DNA of 64,000 nucleotides from Pocillopora damicornis (Eukaryota): NCBI RefSeq assembly GCF_003704095.1, contig NW_020847208.1, positions 248,001 to 312,000 of the forward strand, read 5' to 3'. Shown piece by piece: positions 11,313 to 21,900 of this stretch (position 1 is its first letter; each line of letters starts with the position of its first letter). The notes under the pieces were generated by a model. It saw only the letters and a program-made list of their open reading frames with translations, ran no database searches and was not told where the DNA came from. The position numbers and the translations under genes were made by a program.

Positions 11313-14300
11313 ATGTGTCTTCGACTTTTGGAAAATTTTAAAATATTTCTTGTAGCAATCTGCATTCACAATGTTTCGACATTGCGACTGAAATCAGGTT
11401 TGTAATCATTTCTTTCGTAGTCAATATTTCTTTTGGCATTGGCTTTGGCTTTGTTTCAGAGTCATCAATTATTTAGAGTAGAATTGTGCTAAAAATTATC
11501 AACCGAGGTGCTGATTTATTGTTTGTTTAATCTATTTGTCTTTATGTTAAATAGTACTAATGGTTTTTTTCGTTCTTTCGAAAGAAAGAATTGAATTGAA
11601 AAATTAACACACTTAAGCCTCAGGAATTGTATTTGTTAATCACATATTAAATTTCTTTGAGTGGCCTCGTTTTCTACAAACATAGAAATCTGCAGAGGAG
11701 CAATATAAATTTCTCTTTATTATTTTCGTAATTAAATTTACCCTTAGACTGGAAGTCCATTGCTTTGTAAGTATCAACCATTTATTCTTAAGGAGGTTTA
11801 TGTCACATAGATCGACCAGCCGAGCTGCGTGCTAAATAAGTCAAAATCCAGCGTTCCTAAAATAGGTGGACTGGGACATTTGACTATTAGTAAGTGGAAA
11901 AAAAGACAGTGACAATTCTGAAGGAAATAATACTGATATGTAAGCAGGTTATATGCTTCACGATAAGCATAAAAAAATGATACTAGTTAAGGGTAGAATT
12001 CCGTAGAAGCATTACTTTCAAACCGTGCTTATTGATCATGTTTGATTGGTTTCGCACCGCGATAAAAAATAACAATAAACCCTCAGGTGTGAAAACGTGC
12101 AATAAAGTATTTCACCTTATTTTTTTACTCTAGAGAAACATTCAGTTGAAGATAAAGACCACAATGCATCGCGTCGTTACAACGTGAAAGATTTCTACAA
12201 CAGCTCATTGGCGTCCAGGCGAAGCACATACCGCATTAACATGCCGATGAAAGTGGCAAAACTTATACTACCTCAAATCACGAATAAAAACCAAGAGACC
12301 ATCATTAGAATATATCCTGATAAATCAGCCAAGGCGCAAAGAGGAAATGGAAGCAACTACTTGTTAAGCCTCAGTTATAAAAAGCTAAATGACATGGGTG
12401 CTCCAAACAAACTCCAAGCTGGAAGGCGTGCCTGTTATTACGGCGAACGCCCTGGATGTTGCTCGGTTTGTTGTCCCGGATGTGAGTGATTAACAAGCTT
12501 TTTTGAGGTTGTGCATGATATCGAAAGCGTATATCCATGTTTACACAAATATTATGGGCTGCTTAGTACCACATGATGGAACACTTAAGATCGCCTCCCG
12601 ATCACTTCGAACAAGTGAAATGCTTTCATAACTCTTGAATTAAGACCAACAGAGGTATGATATCTGAATCAGCTATTTATCTATTTGTATCGGTTGTGGT
12701 TTCAATGTTATACATGCCACTAGAGATCCGTTTAAGGCTAAGAACCACCTTTATCTAGCTTCGCGAAGAAAAGGAACGATAAAATTGAAAAATATATCAT
12801 TATTTTACCTTAGCATTTGATAAGATGTCCATTGGCGTGTAATACAAGTTATAACACACGTGTCTTTGTCATTTCCTTTCAGCAATGTGTGGTCCATCCA
12901 CAATACCAGGTAATCTCATTTAATCTTAATTACCTTGCATTGAATGAAAGCCCCAAATTCAAAGGTTCGTGAAGGCTATACTTTCAGTATGCAAGTCATC
13001 AAAAAAAGAAAAAAAAAATGCACGTCCGTCAAGATCCTGTAGCAGATCAGATTAATGCAAATGTCTATCCTAAGTCCAATTTTTTTTCCTAGGATCATGC
13101 ATCTGCTGTCCTCGGCCAAGTAAGTGTCATGACTTATAGAATAAAATTTTTCTTCCCAAGTTGTCCTTGCTGAAACTTTATTCGATTGCAATAATCTCAG
13201 ACTCAAATATTACTCATATTCTAATTCACTTTCTCTTCTTTTTATATCGCATAACAAGTTTGTCCACGACCGCGTAAGTACTTTGTAGCCTTTATTTAGA
13301 TGAGGAGTTGGCGAAATAGCACTTCACATCGAAGAGTACACCTCTATTACTACCTCCAGTATTAGAAATTTACATCTTACCAGATAGTTCTGTTTAGGGA
13401 TTTGTTATTCATATGTTTAGGGATTTGTTATCCATATGTTTAGGGATTTGTTATCTATAGTCCAGTTTCTTATTGAAATCTTAACGATTCCAGCCTGCTG
13501 TTGCTGCTGTTGCTGTTCCAGTCCACCTCCGCCACCACCCCCTCCCCCAAAGAAACCTCCACCTCCCCCTTGCCCTATGGTATGTGTACCATGTAACCCT
13601 TGCCCTAGGCCCCCATGCCGTCCAATATGTATTCCACGTCCATGCCACTCGCCGTGCCGTATACCCGCACCACCAGTACATGCACCAATCTTAGGACCCT
13701 GTGTGCCAGCCCCGCCGGCTATGGGACCGTGCCATCCTCCGTGTTTTCCTGAAAGGCAACCCTTGGTGCCTGCTTCGCTCCACCCAGCCCCTCCAATCAT
13801 ATCTAGCAGGCCAATAGTGGTGGATCATCCATTAAAAGGCCCCCCTATATTCATAGGTAATTTACTGACAGTTTTATGTTTATTATATCAAATGACAAAG
13901 AAGACATTACTAGCATTTAGGAAGTATTTTAATTAACTTTGCGAAAACGTTTCTCTACTGAGATAGATATGCATAGAATAAGATGATTGAATATCATTGT
14001 TAAACAGCTTTGTAAAACTTGTGCATCAACAATTGGCAATTTGGTAAAACTATCAGAAATGAATGCATTTTATTTAGCACGGTATCAATTTTTTCTCTTC
14101 ACTAAGATTTTGCTTTTTCTCTCATTATTATCCTTATCAGCCCGATTATTGTGGCTTTTTTGTTTTCTTTTTTTTTAACAGATCAGTGTCGCGACGTTCT
14201 ACCGGAATGTAGACAATATGCCAAGAGGGGAATGTGTAATCATGCATCGCCTTTTCACACCATTCAACAAATACGAAAAATATGTCCTTTCTCTTGCGGG

Positions 14301-14744
14301 ATTTGTAATAAGTGAGTAAATCATCTTTCCACTCCAAATATCCTTCCTTTACTGGTTTTTTATGTTCTACGCCTTACCCAATATTCACTGCTCCTTAAAT
14401 GTATACTCTAAAGACATCACCGAAAGCTAAACATCTGTTCCCGATTATTCTGTTTCAGTTACGACGAGAATGCGGCACTTCTTCGAAGGCAGACACCTGG
14501 ACTCCATGTGAGACCTGCAATGCGTGCGAAATTGAACAGAGCCTTAGTACAAATCATTCGAAATAGGGATCTCGAGGGAAATTCAACACTCGAGTCTCAA
14601 GATGTTAAAAGCAACTCTAAAGAAGAACAAGTTGGAGTAAAGAAAAGTCATCAGGCCTTGGGTCGTGTGATTCAGTCAGAGAAGCCTACTGAAGGAGACG
14701 AACTGAATAGTGGATCGGGCGAACCATTCGATAAATTGAAATAA
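11313..14744 (+). CDS. Gene B: secreted Cys-rich/polyproline protein with C-terminal ShKT-like domain (~417 aa)
   Basis: Exons 11313-11397 (signal-peptide-like MCLRLLENFKIFLVAICIHNVST), 12134-12481, 12883-12909, 13259-13273, 13494-13856 (C7 plus polyPro), 14182-14311 (ShKT), 14459-14744 (TAA). Total 1,254 nt, in frame. Confidence 0.8.
13391..13459 (+). repeat. 23-bp tandem repeat x3
   Basis: tgtttagggatttgttatYYata three times, just upstream of the poly-Cys exon acceptor. Confidence 0.92.
14182..14311 (+). CDS. Gene B ShKT-like exon (absent from the ORF track)
   Basis: DQCRDVLPECRQYAKRGMCNHASPFHTIQQIRKICPFSCGICN; 130 nt; polyT-cag acceptor, gtgagt donor. Confidence 0.9.
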
Positions 14745-15480
14745 CTCACACGAAACAGTTCTACTTTTACGAAAGATGGGGAGGCTTAAATTGCCCGACG
14801 AATAGCTATTTTGTAGGATAGCCGTGATACATGCACAGCCACAAATGGCAACAAAAAGGGAAAAGTGACGATAAGTTTAGAATAATTTAGCTTTGAATAA
14901 TTTAAATGGCGTAAAGCTAAGTTTGATGGATATATTTTTATTTCTAAAGAAACGAGCGTAAAAAAAATTGTTGCATAATTCCAAATAAATTTTAGAATTT
15001 TGTGAGATTGTTTTAATTTCACATTGATTATTGTAGAGAAAATAAGTGCCGTGTTTATACTACACAACCAATCAGAAAATCCTCGTTACACTCTACGTTG
15101 TGGACGAAGATTACCTGGTTTTGTGATAATTTTCTCCATCTAACGATGTAATCCGACCTTTAACCTTACGATACTACGGAGTTATAGTTCAGTTTATGAA
15201 CAAGTGAAAAAAAGATCGTGGCAGTCGAGCTGCAAGTTAAGATGTTGCAGAAACGAAGCTTGAAACAACTAAGGCTTTGACCGGATTCCCGCCGGTACCT
15301 CTAAGGTACTAGTTGAGCTCTCCTTCCAAATAAGCCAAATCTCAAATACATCTGCAATATTGGACTCGATTGCGATCATCCAAGCGACGAGAGTCTAGTA
15401 TCCTAGAAATGAAGGACTACTCAAAGGCCTGAACCAAAATTAAAGAGATTTAAGGGGAATCGTCATTATTACGAATTCTG

Positions 15481-15690
15481 TTAACCCTTTTGCAAGCTAA
15501 AATCAGCAAGCGTATTCACAAATTGTTCTTTAAAAGCCCCTGTGATATTGACAAGGAGAATTTGTCTAACAATCAAGAGAAACTCCAAGTGGCAATCATT
15601 CCATCTATTCTCGTGACCTTAACGTTTGATCAAGCGGTGCCACTGTAAGAAGAAGTTCGATTCTAGTCACTGCCAAGGACTTAAAGGAAC
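15481..15690. mobile_element. Degenerate ~210-bp MITE-like element
   Basis: Starts TTAA-CCCTTT and ends ...TAAAGG (short inverted termini); non-coding; resembles an interspersed coral repeat from my recollection, not verified. Confidence 0.4.
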
Positions 15691-16603
15691 CTCGATCACC
15701 GACTAATTAATTCCATAAGCATTTTTCCTTTGTTCTTTGTTTTACTTAATAAATAAACTGAATAAAAAAGTAGTAGAGACATAGACTCAGGGTGAACAAT
15801 CATGTGATTGTTAAAGCGTAGCAACACAGTTATTAAAGCAATGTGGCTTGGACATGAAGCAAATTTCATAAAATTCCAAAAATAAAAAGCGCATGGAAAT
15901 GACTGGAGTACATATTTTTGGACGGGTTTCCTTCGCAACCGATCTGAAATTGAACCTTACCAGACATCTTTAATCTAACCTACATCAATACACTTTGTTT
16001 GTAATCAGCCTTGATTATAAACAAACTTTCTTTCGAGTACGGTGTCACAGTCCGTTGAAACTGGAATTAGTCAGGAAAGTGCAAATAAAACCTTTTTAGT
16101 GTAAAATATTGAAATTGCACTTGTTTTAATCATTTTAGCAATGAAAGAGGTAGTAAAGCTGATCAAAGGTCGTATCACCAGGCTGGAAAGCGATTAGATC
16201 ACATATCACATTATGGTTGGTTTGTTAGCGGGTGGTTTTGTTATCTTACTCATTAGGACATACACCACTGATAATTATTATCTAGGACTTCAAGTGATAT
16301 GTCAGTAAAGTTTTCTGTATGTTTATTTTTTCCATATGCTATTGTTTCAGGTTAACAACCATCTTGCTTATTAGCAAATGAAGATTTGTAAAACTGATAA
16401 TATTGCTGGTATAAAACTTCATTCGCCCTATTTACTCCCCATGTCAATCATCGGGATATTCAAGGGTGAATGGCCGCACCCCAGACAAACAAAACCCCCT
16501 GTCGTAAACCACTTAGAAGGGAAGCAATCGACTTAGGGAGGTTATCGATTATTCATTGTAGTCTCGACTGGAAACGACTTATTGCTGGCTCGCCGCTATA
16601 ATA

Positions 16604-18099
16604 ATGATCGCCCGTTTTGGACTATTTCTCTACTTATCATTCGTTGTCATACCATTAGTCTTCGTGACTCGTCCGAGAAACCATCACTCGGGTAAAGTAC
16701 ATCAGTTGTCATTTTATTTTTAAGTCTTTTCTGCTAGGTTATAGATTCACAAATGAATCTTTCAGTTCATGTAATCCGCAAACGGGTTAAATGGTGTCGT
16801 ATTTTGCTCGTAATACGATCAATGTATAAAGGCTTAATCTATATCAGCCATACCTTATACATGAACTGATTTGGTGGTTATCCCATTATTATTTGGTGCT
16901 ACGATTTGTCTTATTCATAAGGGCCACTCTTCATTTCTGATTAAACTACTCATTACAGCCCTCAAGAGGCTCGACAGCCATTACAAAGAGGACGATGGCG
17001 ATAAAGCTGCTCGAGCAAAGTTACTTTGGGATCTCATTTTAACAAGAACCAAAGTCAGACACAAAGAGAGCAGGCAGCCTCGTCCTTTGCAAAAGAGTTT
17101 GCAGGTGTACACTGTTCCGCTTAAAGTTGGTAAGGCTATATCTGTACCTTTTAAAAGTGCTGTTAGATGCTTATTTTATTATTTGCTGCTTTTAATGAAT
17201 TTTGATGTTATGTAGCTTAGGTAAAACATTTAGGAATGGACTGATATTTCCTGTAAATTGGGAATCTGGTGGCAAAGAAAACTAAACTTTTTAGCTTTTT
17301 GAATACCTTGATCTTGACTACAGACAAGCGAGCGATTTATCCCCCCCCCCCCCTTCAACCCTTAAAAATGGATCATGAGGTGATGCAAAGCCCCTTGTTT
17401 CCCTCCATGAAGCAATTACCGTGTATCCTTTCCCACGAATCAATGGGGAGTTAGCATGAATTTCCTAATTCATTCACAGAACCAAAATCATTGTCTGAAT
17501 ATACTCTACAAATCCTTATTTGCAGGTCTTTGCAAAGACCAGCATCCATTATGTGGCTCCTACGCGTTAAACGGACTTTGTGATTGGCCTGGACTCTTCC
17601 AAGACCTCCGCGACATCCATGAGACATGCGCACTTTCATGTGGATACTGCAAAAAGTACGTCTGAGCTTTTATTTTAAGCTTCTAAGTAATAAACAGCAA
17701 ACAGTCTCTTTAGATAGCGCTTTCTTAGAGACTTGCCCTAGCCTACAAACAACATCGCTCGATGGTGTATAGTTAGACATAGCCAGGTTCCCTTATATGT
17801 TTTAAGAATTGATTTTCGTTTTTTTGGATGAATGATGCTCCTTGATAAATTTTTTATGGATGAGTGATGCTATTATCATTGTCATTCTTATTACTATTAT
17901 AAGTATATTTACCATAATCACTATCGTTAACATGATCATCATCAGTGGTATTGTCATCAACAACAATATCATTAGTACTGTTCCAATTAGCTCAATTGAG
18001 TATGTTTTCAGTATTTGTTTAATTTTTTTAATGTTTAATTTTAGGAACGTACGAAATGGGGAGGTAGATTTTGTTGGAGCTAACTGGAATAATCCATGA
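16604..18099 (+). CDS. Gene C: small secreted ShKT-domain precursor (~189 aa)
   Basis: Exons 16604-16691 (MIARFGLFLYLSFVVIPLVFVT), 16959-17129, 17324-17449 (less certain, spans a poly-C run), 17526-17655 (ShKT), 18045-18099 (TGA). Total 570 nt, in frame. Confidence 0.72.
17526..17655 (+). CDS. Gene C ShKT-like exon
   Basis: LCKDQHPLCGSYALNGLCDWPGLFQDLRDIHETCALSCGYCK; 130 nt. Confidence 0.9.
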
Positions 18100-18335
18100 T
18101 CCTTTTGTGGTTCGGGTTTTTTTCTTTAGACTAGAAACACAATGTAAGGACTGAACGACGTCTACTATGGCCGAGCCAATCGGATTGATATGTTTTAATC
18201 TTAGCACCATAAACCTAGGACGGGTTTCTTGAGACTCCAGTAATTGTTATCCTAACTGTGTGACCAAAGACAGCTCAGGCAATCTTGGTAGTATCTAATT
18301 TTTCCTCATTGTCCACATTGTAGTTAATGTTCATC

Positions 18336-18339
<4 letters not shown>

Positions 18340-18391
<52 letters not shown>
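18340..18391. repeat. (GA)n microsatellite
   Basis: About 25 perfect AG units. Confidence 0.98.
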
Positions 18392-18395
<4 letters not shown>

Positions 18396-18966
18396 AAAAT
18401 CGCCAGGATCGGCATCATTTACCTAGGACTTAGTAACTTGTTTTGACTTCTTCAAAGCGCTTGATCTCATCAAGCGTTTAATACGTTGTGGTAAAGATAA
18501 GTATGAAATTAAACGAGAAATAAAAGTAGCATTTTTAACAAAGAAGCTTTTACATTGTCATTCCAAAAGAAATAAAAAGAGGAAAAAAGAAGTAGGAATT
18601 ATCTTTTGAGTTCTGGGAAAGTGATACATTGTACCTATGATGTCTGACCAACGTTTATTCTGGTATATTAATGTGTAGGTTATGTTATTGAAGAATAAAG
18701 GAGTTTTAAAATTGGCGGTAGTTAATAATTGATGTATAACTTTTAAGTGCAGACCACCAGTTGGCTTGAAAAGGGTTTTGTTGGTCTTATATTGAGGTCT
18801 GAATTAACGGGTCAAGTGTTCTTTACCTCCCACTTAATTCTTCAACTAGCATAAGTAATTTTGAAGATTGCTTATCGCCGTGGAAATTGAATATAACGTT
18901 AAAATGACGATGGCTCACGAGAAACATAATACCTGGTCCATATCGGTGGATTTAAAATGAGTCACT

Positions 18967-21900
18967 ATGGTGAAAAACGTCCACATTTTAGATATTTTAC
19001 TACAAAAGCACTATGTTTCCATTCTATTTTTGGCGTACATTTTTTTGTTGGAAGTTGTAGGCGGGATACCAAGACCACCACAATTTAAGGATACTTCCGG
19101 TATGTATATATCTCGATCATTATTTTGGGATCTAGACAGCCCCTAGAGTTACATCAAAAGCAGTTACATGACAATTGAGTGATAAGTTATTTTTTCCAAG
19201 TAATTTTTGTTGATGCATAACTCAATCAAGCCAATAAATATCCTGGAACTCGATGATTTAATTAATTTTTTTTTTCGAAACAAATTTAACTTAGTGTTAC
19301 CGCTAGATCTCTGATCGAAAAACGCCTGAAAGAATATATATATTAGTGGATGTGCTTGTGTATTACTGTTTCCTTATCATAGAATAAATTTACTAAGCCT
19401 TGAGCGACAAGGAGAAATCTTAAGTACATAAGTTCACTGGGTTATCCTTGCTTAATGATCATTCTTTAAGTTGAAAGCAGTTTCATTAAAATAATCTTAA
19501 ATTTAAATAAAACTGTTGCAGAGTGAGACCAATGAAGAATATGCGTACCCCTTAGAACTTCGTCCCACGCTAGTGAGAATTAACAATCTTGATCCATCTC
19601 CAGCGACCGAGTACAAACTCTGCCGTCTTAATATTTTACGTCGTAATTTCTGGGTCAGCCAAACATTCATTGTATCAGACGTGATCAATTGGAGAAACCA
19701 GTTCTTAGAGGGTGCCAAATTCCATTTGTGCAAATTGATTGTGAAAAGTATTAAAGAAAATACGTGATTTTGGGAGAAAATACGAATCTTATTTTTGTTA
19801 CTGTAAGGATTCATATCATTACAAGATACGTTTATTATGGCAATGGTATGAAATCAAGTTAATGAGGACAAATAATGGTATTAAGCAAAAATATTTCTTG
19901 GATGGAGGCCTGAAAAGAAGGAGCAAGTGACTGCTTTAAGTCATGGTAGAATAAAAGTATATAATGAATCGAGATGAAGCCGAAGCACAGGAGTTCCTCA
20001 CTAATATAATGAAATTGATCGTTTTTAGTTTCATCGTCCTTTCATCGTGAACGCAGATGGTTAATTGAAAAGGTACGTCCATTAAACATGACACCGTCCA
20101 GGGACAGCTTGAAGCACAAAAAATACGTCCAACTTTGGAAAATTAGACAGGCCCTCGCAACTGGAAGACACGAACCCTTTAAAAACTTATCTAAAAGATC
20201 CTCGGGTCGGGACTATCTGGACAGGATCGCGTCATTCATCAAAGAAAAGGAAGATGCATCGTTAAGACCAGCTGGTAAGAAAAAAGAATAATTTCAGTTT
20301 AGTTAAACGAGGTGTTGATTACAGTCGAACAGGATAGGGGTATGAGATAGATGATTGTTAAAGTGAGGCAGGGTAGAGTGGAAGATAGCACAATAAGAGT
20401 AGAATAAGACTTCGGATATCTGAAGAAACATATTAAAGCATAGGAGTTCAAAGGTAGATTAATGAGCGGTGAAAAATTCTGATTCTGTTCGTAATACATG
20501 GTTTGTGATCCAGACATTGGAAAAACATTCATTTCTTCTTCTTCTTTCTCCTTTTATTTTTTTTCCATCATCATCTCCTTACACCTCTTCTTCTTTTGAT
20601 AATCAACTGCCTCGAAGACAGATGAGATTCAATATGACGTATTATACGTAAATGATTTTCATTAAGAAAATTATTCAAGGGTCTTTCGTCTTAAAGCCAA
20701 TTTCTTTAATTATTTCAGGCTCGGCAAAAGTGGTGTTCATACTAGATGGCTCAGGAAAAATCGGCAATGAGGACCTTAACTCGTACAGACTGTTTGTGAA
20801 AAAGGTGTATAAAAACTTAAACATTCCTACGAGAGGAATTACGTTTGGGCTTCTAGAATGTGGCAGTAGACGTTACACCCAGAGAAACATCCTTCCCAGA
20901 AAAATTCAAAATTCCAAAGTACTTGACCTCACACTTGACAAGCTTATCCCCGTAAGTGGAAGTTGCGAGTTGGGAAAGTCTCTTGAGATCTTAAATAAAA
21001 ATGTTTTCATGAAAATGCCAAGTGGTTCTCCAAAAGCCGTGGTGGTGGTCATGGCTGGAAAATCGGTGGATGACGTTTCTAACGCGGCGAAAGAACTAAG
21101 CAGATTAAGTGTGAGAGTCGTAACCATAGGTGTGGGTGGTCAAGCAGATATGAAGCAGTTGGCAACCATTGCTGATTCATCACTCTACGCTTTCAAGGTT
21201 CCGGTTATCAAGTATTTGCCAGCAATGTCCGGTACAGTGGTTGGATTTTTAAATGGAGGTACATGCTTGTCTAGAGTAAGGCTAATAGCGAGTAATTTTT
21301 ATTGCCTGCGCTTTAAAAATTGAAATCAAGTAACAAAAGAGAGGATGGCAAAATCTGGGATATATTATTCTTATTGACATGTAACGATTATCAGCGAACT
21401 AGAATCTGTGTAATATGTTAAAGTTCACACGGCAACCAGGTTGACAATCAGACATGGTTTGATGCTACTCTGGTTTACAGATTTAATGAATGTAACCAAA
21501 GAAGTTACGATTCATAGACCCAACGTTTTCGACTAGACAGGAGTGTCGAAACGTTGGGTCTATGAATCGTAACTTCTTTGGTTACATTCATTAAATCTGT
21601 AAACCAGAGTAGCATCAAACCATGTCTTAGAAACTGTTTGTTCATGATTGACGTTTTCGCTTAAAAAGACCGTAAAATAAAACAGAAATATAAAAGCTGT
21701 GCTGAAAATTGTGAACAGTTTCTCCCAAATCTCTTTGGCCATATTGCTCAGGTTATGAATGATACTCAGCAGTTCTCACATACTAAGAACAAAATGACAT
21801 ATTTCAAAAATTGTTGTTTTTTTCCTCTCTGTCGAATTTCTGTATTTCCATGAGCTTATCTTTACTAAACTCGTGACTTTTAATACTATCATGAGGTCTT

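Noticed and set aside
13417-13800. Gly/Gln-rich - strand ORF and the other antisense ORFs over vWA and low-complexity exons
   Set aside because: These are shadows of the + strand coding exons.
13494-13856. Calling gene B a true minicollagen, or genes A/F collagen VI
   Set aside because: There is no Gly-X-Y triple-helical region anywhere in the window and the CRD spacing is not canonical.
17842-18044. Ile-rich hydrophobic ORF suggesting a membrane protein
   Set aside because: It derives from a degenerate (ATC/ATT)n intronic tract; only the last 55 nt (18045-18099) are exon.
19516-19767. ORF with a faint FN3-like 'INNLDP..TEY' motif inside gene D intron 1
   Set aside because: Its phase-0 acceptor is incompatible with the flanking phase-1 exons, it has no clear donor, and the similarity is too short.
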